Source: an uncultured delta proteobacterium (GTDB taxonomy: Bacteria; Myxococcota; Kuafuiibacteriia; Kuafuiibacteriales; Kuafuiibacteriaceae). From it: 64,000 nucleotides of DNA. The stretch covers positions 2,784,001-2,848,000 of the forward strand of contig CAWDML010000001.1 of NCBI GenBank assembly GCA_963803435.1, read 5' to 3'. The translations under genes were made by a program, and so were the position numbers. Shown here one piece after another: positions 27,140 through 35,626 of this stretch; positions within the stretch are counted from its first letter, which is position 1, and the number at the start of each line of letters is the position of its first letter. Below the pieces are notes generated by a model. It had not been told where the DNA came from, searched no databases, and saw nothing but the letters and a program-made list of their open reading frames with translations.

Positions 27140-27294
27140 TGGGTGAGAGCGATGGGCCAGTTTAGGGGCGTTCCGGGGGTGCGAGCAAGAATGCGGCCGG
27201 GGCCCAGGAGAGGCGAGGTCCGCGCACCTGCGGATCGCTTGACAGTGCGACCGAGGCCGTGTGACCTGCGGCCCAGCCCGCCGGGAAAGCCCAA

Positions 27295-27975
27295 ATGACC
27301 AACCAGCCCAACGACAAGCCTGCACAGGAGCCTGAACCGCATCAGGAAGAGCCCAAGGTCATCAAGCGCTACTCGAACCGCAAGCTCTACGACACCGAAC
27401 GCAGCAAGTACGTCACGCTCGACGAGATCGCCAGGATGATCAAGGCCGGGGAAGAGGTCACGATCATCGACAACGAGACAAAGGAAGATCTCACCTCGGT
27501 CACGCTGACCCAGATCATCTACGAGGAGGAGAAGCGCGAGAGCCGGATGCCGCTCGCTATGCTCCGCAACCTGATCCAGACCGGCGGTGAGGCCCTCACC
27601 GAGTTCTTCGACAAGTCCGTGAAGACGCCCGCGCTCGAGGCCCAGCGCAGCGTCGAGAAGCTTCGCGACGCCGCGACGCGAAGCGTCACGGAGCTGACCG
27701 GATCGGCCAAACGCATGTTCGCCGAGCGCAAGGCGGAGGAGTTCCGAAAGGCTGTCTCGGCCGAGCTCGAGGACCTGGAGGCCCGGCTGAAGGCCCGCAT
27801 CCAGGACGTCGAGAGCCAGGGCGAGCCCGCCGACGAGGCCAGCGAGGCCGAAAGCAACGAGATGCTCGCCGCCCACAAGATCGACATCCACGTGACGATG
27901 TTGAAGGAGCGCCTCGACGCCATGCGACGGCTCGTCGACGAGCTGGAACGCCTCGGCCACCGCCACAAGAACTGA
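27295..27975 (+). CDS. PhaR-like polyhydroxyalkanoate synthesis regulator (DNA-binding N-domain)
   Basis: VIKRYSNRKLYDTERSKYVTLDEIARMIKAGEEVTIIDNETKEDLTSVTLTQII is the PHB accumulation regulator N-domain signature. Confidence 0.88.
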   Translation: MTNQPNDKPAQEPEPHQEEPKVIKRYSNRKLYDTERSKYVTLDEIARMIKAGEEVTIIDNETKEDLTSVTLTQIIYEEEKRESRMPLAMLRNLIQTGGEALTEFFDKSVKTPALEAQRSVEKLRDAATRSVTELTGSAKRMFAERKAEEFRKAVSAELEDLEARLKARIQDVESQGEPADEASEAESNEMLAAHKIDIHVTMLKERLDAMRRLVDELERLGHRHKN

Positions 27976-28069
27976 CGTCCTCGCCTCGATTTCCCTGGCC
28001 TGCGACCGGGGGACACAAACGGAAATCGCTGGTCCTCGCGTTGTCGTTGCGACGAGATCGGGTCTCATC

Positions 28070-28627
28070 GTGATTCGCTCTCCCCACGCCGTCGGGCTCG
28101 GCACCCTCCTCCTCGCCGGATGTGCGAGCGCAGGCGTGTCCTGGCGCGGGACGGCCATCGCACCTGAAGGCAACAGCAGCCGTGAGTCGGCGATCGACGG
28201 CGTGATCGAGCGCGGCGGGTACTTCGAGGCCTCGCGGATCGTTCTGGATCGGAGCTTCGAGAGCGAAGGCTTTCACGGCGTGCCCTTCTCGATCGAGCAC
28301 GGCGATCAGGACGTGCTGGTGATCGAGTCCGAGCAGGCCTCGCTGGCGATCGCGCTCGACATCGAGCGCCTCGGCGACGAGCTGAGCGTGGTCGAAAGCT
28401 TCGTTCCCCACTTTTACCTGGACACCGAGGTCCCCGGCGTCTCCAAGGACATGCGGTACACGCTGGTGTGCAAGGGCGGCACCGGTCGCGTTCGCGCCGC
28501 CCGCGACGGCGAAGAGGTGCGAGGCGATCTCGCGATCACGGTGGCGTGCCGGACCTACGTCGACGGCAGCGAGCGGGACGAATCGGAGATCGCCCTGCGG
28601 GGCGAGTTCCGGGCGCCCGTCAGGTGA
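28070..28627 (+). CDS. Hypothetical lipoprotein
   Basis: Lipobox LLAGC after a hydrophobic leader; beta-rich mature region with two further Cys residues. Confidence 0.72.
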   Translation: MIRSPHAVGLGTLLLAGCASAGVSWRGTAIAPEGNSSRESAIDGVIERGGYFEASRIVLDRSFESEGFHGVPFSIEHGDQDVLVIESEQASLAIALDIERLGDELSVVESFVPHFYLDTEVPGVSKDMRYTLVCKGGTGRVRAARDGEEVRGDLAITVACRTYVDGSERDESEIALRGEFRAPVR

Positions 28628-29346
28628 GAGGCTGCGCGCCGAACGAAGAGCTCGCCGAGGTCGATCAACGCACCGATGCTCGCGAGCGCCCGCTGCGACG
28701 GCGCTTCGAGCGGGTCGTTCGCTCCGAGCGTCCGATCCTTTCCCAGCCAGAGGATCCTGCTCTCGCCCTCAGGAAACGCGTGCGTGATGAGATCGGAGAA
28801 CGTCCTCCGATAGCGACCACAGGTGGAGAGATATTCAGTATATGCGCGGTTGATCTGCTCGAGATCGACCGGGGTCGCGTAGCCCAGCACAGCGGGCTCC
28901 AATGCGGCGCGCAGCGACTCGACGCTGGCGCTCATCTCGTGGGCGACGGCCAGCAAATGGCGGCGGTCGAACTGCGCGGTGAGGATGTAGCGCTCCGAGA
29001 TCGCGCGAAGGCCGTTGGCGGCGCGCGTCGAGGACGCCGAGGCCTTCGCCAGTCGCGTGCGCGCCTTGGCCTCGGCCGGCGGAGACAATCCGAGCAGATC
29101 GACCAGTCGTCTTCGCGCCGGTACCGACGACAGCGCGTCCAGCCCCAGGACCCGCGCATTGCCGGAGAGCCGGGCCGCCGACTTGAGCGCCTCGAAGCCG
29201 CCGCGCGCGCGGCCGGGCGCCAGGACCGTGCGGGTCTCGCGACAGACACGCAGGCCGAGGCGCAGCGCGTGGGCCTCGATCGCGCGGCGCTCGAGCGGGC
29301 TCTGACCGCGCCGAACGCGGAGGTACGGATGGGTACCGGAAGCCAT
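28555..29346 (-). CDS. Hypothetical protein
   Basis: 263-aa ORF with high third-position GC. Its 3' end overlaps the convergent lipoprotein gene by about 70 nt, so the end is uncertain. Confidence 0.55.
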   Translation of the reverse strand: MASGTHPYLRVRRGQSPLERRAIEAHALRLGLRVCRETRTVLAPGRARGGFEALKSAARLSGNARVLGLDALSSVPARRRLVDLLGLSPPAEAKARTRLAKASASSTRAANGLRAISERYILTAQFDRRHLLAVAHEMSASVESLRAALEPAVLGYATPVDLEQINRAYTEYLSTCGRYRRTFSDLITHAFPEGESRILWLGKDRTLGANDPLEAPSQRALASIGALIDLGELFVRRAASHLTGARNSPRRAISDSSRSLPST

Positions 29347-29392
29347 TCATGAGACCTACGTCCGGCGGCGCCGATCGGATCCCGTGCGCTAG

Positions 29393-29458
29393 GAGCCGTG
29401 TAGCGCGTAGCGCTACCGCGAGCCCGGTCCGGGTCCCGGTCCCGGTCCCGGTCCCGAT
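29393..29458. repeat. Left inverted repeat with five CGGTCC-type hexamers
   Basis: GAGCCGTGTAGCGCGTAGCGCTACCGCGAGCC-CGGTCC-GGGTCC-(CGGTCC)x3-CGAT. Confidence 0.9.
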
Positions 29459-29710
29459 GGCGATCATGCAGCCCGGCGTGCGTTCATCGACTCGATGAGG
29501 CCGTGAGCCTCTCGACAACGCGCTTGAGCTTGGCTCTGGAGGCTTGGACCTTCTGCTCGTTGGCGAGTCGGCGCCTCAAGCAGGTGTGGAGTGAGGCGGC
29601 GCTTTCGGTGCCAGAGCGAAGTGACCAGCAGAAGTTCTTGGAGGTCGTTTCGTCTGGAATCGATCGTTGGGCGGATCGACTTCGACGCCTGGACTTGATC
29701 CCATGGTTTC

Positions 29711-31205
29711 GTGGCGAAGCAATACCGTTCTTGGACTCCGAGACAATCGTTCTTGCTCCCGCCGTCCCCTCTCGAGTGGCTCCCAGAAAATCATCTCGCG
29801 TACTTCGTCTTGGACGTCGTCGATGAGGTAGAGCTGAGCGCGATCGAGATCTCGATCCAGTCCAAGGACCCGCGAGGCGAGCGACCGTACTCGCCTCGAA
29901 TGATGATCGCGCTGCTTCTGTACGCCTACTGCACCGGCATCTATTCGTCGCGGAGGATCGCGCGGGCGACCTACGAAGACATTCCATTCCGGGTGCTGGC
30001 TGGAGAAAGTCATCCCCACTTCACGACGATCAACGAGTTTCGGCTGGTCCACCTGGAGGCACTGAAAGCGCTCTTCCTCGAAGTCCCGAAGCTTTGCCAG
30101 AAAGCAGGTTTGGTGCGGCTCGGACACGTCGCACTCGATGGCTCGAAGGTGCAGGCGAACGCGAGCAAGCACAAGGCGATGACCTACGAGCGGATGGCCG
30201 AGGAGGAGAAGCGGCTGTCTCTCGAGATCGAAGAACTGCTGGAGCGAGCGCGCACGATCGACCAAGAGGAAGACGGGCGGCTGGGCGTTGAAGAGACTGA
30301 AGAGGACAGCCCAGCGGAGCTCGCTCGCCGTGAATCCCGCCTTGCCCGCATTCGAGAAGCGAAGGCTGCGCTGGAACAGGATGCCGCCAGGGCTCGCGCG
30401 GAGAAATTGCGCAGGCAAGCCGAAGAGCAGCAGAGCAAAGCGGATGATGCTCTTGTGGATCGGGTGGAGCAGAAGCGAGCGAGAACTCGAGCCGAGAAGG
30501 CAAGAGCGCAGGCTGACCAGCTCGAACCATCCCCAGACCCAACTGAACGAAATGATGGATGGCCGCATCATCGCGTTCCTGCCAATGTGGACGGCACACC
30601 GAGGCCCAACGCTCAGAGGAACTTCACCGACTCAGACAGCAGGATCATGTTGAAGGAGGGAGCGTACCTCCAGGCCTACAATGCCCAAGTTGTCGTAGAT
30701 GAGCACGCTCAGGTGATTGTCGCCGAAGGGTCAGCAACCAGGCACCTGATCAGTGATCAGCAACACCTCGTCCCGATGCTCCGTGATGTGTTCGGCAACT
30801 GCGGCGATGCTCCGCGGAAGATGACGGCAGACAACGGCTATCTGAGCGCGACCAACATCGAATTCTGCGACAACAATCAGATCGATGCCCACATCGCTGT
30901 TGGACGCGAACAGAACCAAGACGCGTCGACTCCGTCCTCATCAGCTTCGGAGCCCACACCTGCCTCGCTCGCTCGCTCGCAAGCGAATGCGAGACAAGTT
31001 GCAAACGCGCGACGGCAAGGCGGTCTACCCCCGCAGGAAGAGTATCGTCGAACCGGCGCTCGGACAGATCAAAGCGGCACGAGGATTCCGCCGGTTCTCG
31101 CTACGCTCCTTCTTCAAGGTACGAGCCGAGTGGACGCTCGTCTGCCTCACCCACAACCTGCTCAAGCTCTACCGATCGAAGCTCGCGACCGTCGCGAGCG
31201 TCTGA
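29711..31205 (+). CDS. IS1182-family DDE transposase; frameshift near 30980
   Basis: QSFLLPPSPLEWLPENHLAYF, RPYSPRMMIALLLYAYCTGIYSSRRI, VALDGSKVQANASKHK, NFTDSDSRIM, QAYNAQ, TADNGY, then shifted RRKSIVEPALGQIK..GFRRFSLR..EWTLVCLTHNLLKL. Confidence 0.92.
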
Positions 31206-31225
31206 CTCAAGGCAGCCATCTTCAG

Positions 31226-31284
31226 ATCGGGACCGGGACCGGGACCGGGACCGGGCTCGCGGTAGCGCTACGCGCTACACGCTC
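31226..31284. repeat. Right inverted repeat with four hexamers
   Basis: AT-(CGGGAC)x4-CGGGCTCGCGGTAGCGCTACGCGCTACACGCTC, the reverse complement of the left repeat minus one hexamer and one C. Confidence 0.9.
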
Positions 31285-32760
31285 CTAGGTCATCGCCCGC
31301 GCGACTGTGATCCCGAGCGCCATCACCGTCATCTGCGGATTCACACCCAGCGAGCTGGGCATCAGGGAGGCGTCGGCGACGTAGAGGCCGGGCACGTCGT
31401 GGGTCTGGCCGCCGGGGTCGACGACGCTCGAGGTCGGGTCGACGCCCATCCGGCACGTCCCCATCGGGTGGCTGGCATAGATGTGCATCGCGTGCTCGGG
31501 GACGTCATCGGTGAGCTGGGCCAGCGCCTCTCGCTCGGTGGTGACCCAGTCGGTGCCGCTGCCGACGCCCGGGAAGACCTCGGTCGCGCCGGCGGCGAAG
31601 AGGACGCGGACGATTCCGCGCAGCGCCTCGATCAGCTTGCGTCGATCCTGGTCGTGGAGCTGGTAGCGGATCTTGGGCTTGCCGTGGAAGCCGATCGTGA
31701 TCTGGCCATTTCCCTCGTCGCTGATGAGACCACCGCACATGGCCAGGTTCTTCAGCATCCTGATCCGCTTCATGCCGTCCACGCCGCTCCACGGCTGCGC
31801 CATGAAGAAGACCTCGGGCGGCGCGTTGTACGTCTGCAGCAGGATTCCGCGAGCGCGATCGAGGTGGATCGCGTACGCCTGAGGAACGCCGTCCCAAGAG
31901 TTGATCGCCTCGGGAACGAACCCGTAGGTGCCGGTGCTGGGATGGATCGAGAGGTTGCGCCCCACGTAGCCAGAGCGGTTGGCGAGCTTCTGCGACAACA
32001 GGATCATCGGTGTTCCGACCGTCCCCGCCGCCAACACCACGGCGTCGGCCTCGACCACCACCGTGCCCACGCGCTCGTCGGTCTCGATGTTCCGCACGGC
32101 CGCCTGGACGCCGGCGGCGCGCCCGCGGTGGAGGAGGATCTTCTCCACGCGGGAGTCGGAGCACACGATCGCGCCGAGCTCCTCCGCCATCGGGATGAAG
32201 TTGCGATCGACGCTGCCCTTGCCCCCGCTGGGGCAGCCGAGCTGACAGATCCCGCAGCCGACGCATCCGGGCGCGTTGCGATGGATGAACGCGCCGTCGA
32301 GCCCGAGCTTCTCCGCGCCACGCTTGACGAACAGGTTGTTGGCGCGGGCCTGGAGTGGGTGCATCTCGGTCACGCCGATGACCTCCTCCACGTAGTCGTA
32401 GATCGGCGCCAGCGCGGCCGGGCCCAGCGCCTCCAACCCGTGGCGCTCGACCCAGCGATCGAGGATGTGCTCGGGCGCGCGGTAACAGATCGCGCTGTTG
32501 ATCAGCGTCGATCCGCCCACGCCGCGACCGGCCGGCATCGGATACACGGAGTCCGCCTCGACGTAGCGGCTCCCCTTGTCGGCGTAGATGTGATTGATCG
32601 CCCAGCCGTAGCTCGCCGGGAAGTCGCGCGGCTGGTAGCGGTGGCCCTCCTCGAGGATCACCACCTTCCTCCCCCGCTTTGCAAGCTCACTTGCACAGGC
32701 GGCGCCGCCGGCCCCGGCGCCGACCACGACCACGTCCGCTTTCAGCCGGCGCTCGTTCAT
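31285..32760 (-). CDS. GMC-family FAD oxidoreductase
   Basis: VVVVGAGAGG, GRGVGGSTLINS, CVGCGICQLGC, VVLAAGTVGTP, HPMGTCRMG, LYVADASLMPSSLGVNPQ. Confidence 0.93.
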   Translation of the reverse strand: MNERRLKADVVVVGAGAGGAACASELAKRGRKVVILEEGHRYQPRDFPASYGWAINHIYADKGSRYVEADSVYPMPAGRGVGGSTLINSAICYRAPEHILDRWVERHGLEALGPAALAPIYDYVEEVIGVTEMHPLQARANNLFVKRGAEKLGLDGAFIHRNAPGCVGCGICQLGCPSGGKGSVDRNFIPMAEELGAIVCSDSRVEKILLHRGRAAGVQAAVRNIETDERVGTVVVEADAVVLAAGTVGTPMILLSQKLANRSGYVGRNLSIHPSTGTYGFVPEAINSWDGVPQAYAIHLDRARGILLQTYNAPPEVFFMAQPWSGVDGMKRIRMLKNLAMCGGLISDEGNGQITIGFHGKPKIRYQLHDQDRRKLIEALRGIVRVLFAAGATEVFPGVGSGTDWVTTEREALAQLTDDVPEHAMHIYASHPMGTCRMGVDPTSSVVDPGGQTHDVPGLYVADASLMPSSLGVNPQMTVMALGITVARAMT

Positions 32761-33305
32761 ACGCCGGCACCGCCCGCGTCCGAGGGGGTCAGGTGAGGCG
32801 GGCTGCAGCCGAGGTACCAGCCCATCGCCTTGCGGACGTCGGTCTGCTCGAAGTAGTGCATACCGGCGATGAGCTTGATCGACCGGAAGGCCGTCTTCTC
32901 CAGATAGACCGGCGTCAGCTCCCAGGCCCTGAGCTCGTCGGCGCGCTTCGCGGGGTCGAGGTCGACGAAACGATCCAGGTGATAGAGACGGGCATGATCG
33001 TCGATGACGTGGAGCATCGCGCGAAACGCCAGGCGCGAGTCGGGGTCGTTATGGACGAAGAACGCGTCCATCTTGGGCACCAGGTGGTCGACATCGGCGG
33101 GCGGCATGCCGGCGGCGCCGGGAAACAGCGTGGCCAGGAGCGACTCGAGGATCTCCGCCTCGCGCGTGGTGAACACGGACAGGCCGGCCCGGGGCGCTGA
33201 CCGCAGGAACCAGCCGTAGCGAAGGACGGCGCTGCTGATCAGCAGGCCGCCGGCCGCGAAGGCCCCGCGAACGAACAGCTGTCTCCGGGTGAGCCTCTTC
33301 ATCAC
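32757..33305 (-). CDS. Gluconate 2-dehydrogenase subunit 3-like partner with twin-arginine leader
   Basis: LTRRQLF leader, FTTREAEIL, RFVDLDPAKRADELRAW, HYF..AMGW. Overlaps the GMC start (ATGA). Confidence 0.75.
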   Translation of the reverse strand: MMKRLTRRQLFVRGAFAAGGLLISSAVLRYGWFLRSAPRAGLSVFTTREAEILESLLATLFPGAAGMPPADVDHLVPKMDAFFVHNDPDSRLAFRAMLHVIDDHARLYHLDRFVDLDPAKRADELRAWELTPVYLEKTAFRSIKLIAGMHYFEQTDVRKAMGWYLGCSPPHLTPSDAGGAGV

Positions 33306-33895
33306 CTCTTGACGAGACCGCCCATCACCAGCTCCATGCCGACGCCCAGGTAGCGGTCGAAGTCGATGGGGTAGTCGAGCGCGCGCAGGGCCTCGACGCC
33401 GTCGAGAAGCGCCTTGAGGATCGCGGCGACCACCTTCGAGTCGACCGGACGGAGCACGTTCCGCTCCACGCCCTGATCGATCAGTCGCGCGACGGCGTCG
33501 ATGATCTGCGTCTGCTTCTCGAGCAAGCGCCGCGAAAGATCCGCGTCGCGCAGCGCCATCTCGCCCATCACCACGAAGAAGCGGGCGGCGTCGGGCGCGC
33601 TCTGGAAGTACTGGAGATAGTGCGCCGCCAGCACCTGCATCTTCTCGGCGATCGGATGATCGCTCTCGGTGACGCCGCTGATGAAGGCCATCGTGCGGTC
33701 GAACTCCTCCTGCACGAGCGAGTCGAAGACCTCACGCTTGCTCTTGAAGTGGAAGTAGACGCCACCTTTCGACAACCCTGCTTCCCGGGCGATGTCGTCC
33801 ATGCGGGTCGGGTGATAGCCGTTGTCGATGAAGCAGCGGCGCGCGGCGGAGAGGATCTGCTCGCGGCGAGCCTGCTCGGGCATATGACGGGTCAC
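33302..33895 (-). CDS. TetR-family transcriptional regulator
   Basis: RREQILSAARRCF..TRMDDIAREAGLSKGGVYFHFKSKRE. Confidence 0.93.
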   Translation of the reverse strand: MTRHMPEQARREQILSAARRCFIDNGYHPTRMDDIAREAGLSKGGVYFHFKSKREVFDSLVQEEFDRTMAFISGVTESDHPIAEKMQVLAAHYLQYFQSAPDAARFFVVMGEMALRDADLSRRLLEKQTQIIDAVARLIDQGVERNVLRPVDSKVVAAILKALLDGVEALRALDYPIDFDRYLGVGMELVMGGLVKR

Positions 33896-33921
33896 GGGTC
33901 CGAAACCTCCAGGTCGGGTTA

Positions 33922-33941
33922 AACCGACCGCTGAGTCGGTT
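33922..33941. promoter_or_regulatory. Candidate TetR operator
   Basis: Inverted repeat AACCGAC-N6-GTCGGTT about 26 bp upstream of the TetR start codon. Confidence 0.55.
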
Positions 33942-34031
33942 ATGGAACGCCCGCGACGCGATGGTCAAGGGGCGCTGGGAGGAGGATCGAGATCGTCCCA
34001 CGGCGCTCAGGACGGTGTCCATCGGTCGGGC

Positions 34032-35213
34032 TCAGCCGCCCTCGGTCTCTCGCTCCATCAGCGCGAGCCGCTCCTCGCGTCGCCGTGCGAACATCGTCGC
34101 GAGGACGATGCCGAGCTCGTAGAAGATCAACAGCGGAGCGGCCATCATCACCTGCGAGATTGGATCCGGAGGTGTGAGGATCCCGCCGACCACGAAGGCG
34201 GTGACCACCCAATACTTGCGGAAGCGACGGAGCCCCGGAGGGCTGACGATCCCGACGGAGGAGAGGAACCCGAGCACCAGCGGGAGCTCGAAGACGATCC
34301 CGAAGGCGACCGTCAGCTGCATCAAGAGGCTGAGGTAGTTGTCGATGGTGAAGCTGGCGGCCAGGGAGGACGGCATCATCTGGTTCACCAGGACGTCGAA
34401 CATCATGGGGAACATGACGTAGTAGGCGAACAAACCGCCCATGCAGAACAGCACCGAGGCGCCGGCCACGCTGGGGAGGACGACCTTCTTCTCGGTGGAG
34501 TAGAGGCCGGGGGCGACGAAGCCCCAGGCTTGATAGAGCCAGATGGGGCAGGCCAGGAAGAGCCCCACCACCAGCGCGATCTTCAGATAGGCGATGAACG
34601 GCTCGAGCGGCGAGAGGACGACCAGCTTGTCGCTGGCGGTGGCCTTGCCCGCCGAGGCGGCCGCCCGGCGGATCACGCGCTGGAGCACCGGGTCGCGCAT
34701 CGGCTCGAGCAGCACGGTCGCGCCTTCGAGCTGGAGCTCGCCGACGACCGGGTCGTCCTTGCTGGAGACCAGGTAGGCGACGTACGGAGAGGGCTCCACC
34801 TTCTCGAGGAGGTCGGAGACCAGCGCCCCGTCCGAACCGATCGCGTTGGAGGAGACGAGGATCAGATCGATCGGGCGCTTCTTCTCGATCTGATCGCGGA
34901 CGACCTCGGTGACCTTCGAGAGGTCCTCGATGTTGCCGTGGAAGTCGATGCGAGGGATGTCGGCGAGCCGGGCCGCCAGCCGGGCCCCCGCGACCTCGTC
35001 CTTGTGGATGAGCAGCGTCTCGACCCGGTTGCGGTCCTGGAGGACCTTCATCAGCGGCTGGATCGAGTACTCGAGGATCTGAGGGGAGAAGCCGAGCGCG
35101 GCGGCCGTGGTGAGACAGATCGCGAGGGCGGACTTGATCAACCGGGAGCGCAGCTCGGTCAGGTGATCGATCAACGACATCTTGCTGTCGTCTAGACCGT
35201 CGTCGCGCGACAT
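34032..35213 (-). CDS. tatC: Twin-arginine translocase TatC with a large loop insertion
   Basis: MSLIDHLTELRSRL, SPLEPFIAYLK, YQAWGFVAPGLYSTEK, FGIVFELP, ILTPPDPISQ, YELGI. At 393 aa it is much longer than the usual ~250. Confidence 0.95.
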   Translation of the reverse strand: MSRDDGLDDSKMSLIDHLTELRSRLIKSALAICLTTAAALGFSPQILEYSIQPLMKVLQDRNRVETLLIHKDEVAGARLAARLADIPRIDFHGNIEDLSKVTEVVRDQIEKKRPIDLILVSSNAIGSDGALVSDLLEKVEPSPYVAYLVSSKDDPVVGELQLEGATVLLEPMRDPVLQRVIRRAAASAGKATASDKLVVLSPLEPFIAYLKIALVVGLFLACPIWLYQAWGFVAPGLYSTEKKVVLPSVAGASVLFCMGGLFAYYVMFPMMFDVLVNQMMPSSLAASFTIDNYLSLLMQLTVAFGIVFELPLVLGFLSSVGIVSPPGLRRFRKYWVVTAFVVGGILTPPDPISQVMMAAPLLIFYELGIVLATMFARRREERLALMERETEGG

Positions 35214-35222
35214 CTCGAAAGA

Positions 35223-35534
35223 TCAACCTTCGGTCTTGATCGCTTGCGCCTTCTCGACCTCGGCGACCACTTCAGCCTCGGCGGTGGCGGCCTTCTCTTG
35301 ATCGATCTTCGCCTCGAGGTGGGCGTCCGCCAGGTCGGCGGGTGTGGAGATCCTCCGCGGACGGTCGTCGCGCAGCTCGTCGTCCATGGTGCTCTTGAAG
35401 TCCTCGGTCGCCTTCCGGAACTCCTTCAACCCTTTGCCCAGGCTGCGGGCCAGCTCCGGAAGCTTCTTCGGACCGAGGACGATGAGGGCGATGGCCAGGA
35501 TGATGGCGATTTCCCAGAAGCCCAGTCCAAACAT
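35223..35534 (-). CDS. tatB: Twin-arginine translocase TatB (TatA/B family)
   Basis: MFGLGFWEIAIILAIALIVLGPKKLPELARSLGKGLKEFRKA, directly upstream of tatC. Confidence 0.85.
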   Translation of the reverse strand: MFGLGFWEIAIILAIALIVLGPKKLPELARSLGKGLKEFRKATEDFKSTMDDELRDDRPRRISTPADLADAHLEAKIDQEKAATAEAEVVAEVEKAQAIKTEG

Positions 35535-35575
35535 GGCGATTCAACCATAGCACCCTGCGTTCGATTCCGCCTGCG

Positions 35576-35614
35576 TTGACGGGGTCTGCTTAGTGTATAT
35601 TATACACTAAGCAG
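35576..35614 (+). promoter_or_regulatory. Sigma-70-type promoter overlapped by an NrtR operator
   Basis: TTGACG-N16-TATTAT, overlapped by the perfect palindrome CTGCTTAGTGTATA-T-TATACACTAAGCAG (35586-35614), which contains the NrtR core GT-N7-AC. It precedes pncB in an operon ending with nrtR. Confidence 0.85.
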
Positions 35615-35626
35615 GAGGCGAAGACG

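Larger units (their letters stand above)
29393..31284 (+). mobile_element. IS1182-family insertion sequence flanked by duplicated CTAG
   Basis: Transposase bounded by long inverted repeats (29393-29458 and 31226-31284), with CTAG on both sides (29389-29392, 31285-31288). Visibly more AT-rich than the flanks. Confidence 0.85.

Noticed and set aside
27295-27975. PhaR-like gene as evidence for a PHA biosynthesis cluster
   Set aside because: No phaC, phaA, phaB or phasin gene is in the window, and stand-alone PhaR-like regulators are common.
29420-29458. Hexamer arrays, the 33-nt repeat and the collagen tract as possible CRISPR arrays
   Set aside because: They are contiguous tandem repeats without unique spacers, and no cas genes are present.
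30960-30990. Possible programmed frameshift in the transposase
   Set aside because: No slippery heptamer is present. The shift lies at a GCTC repeat prone to sequencing error, and IS1182 transposases are normally single ORFs.
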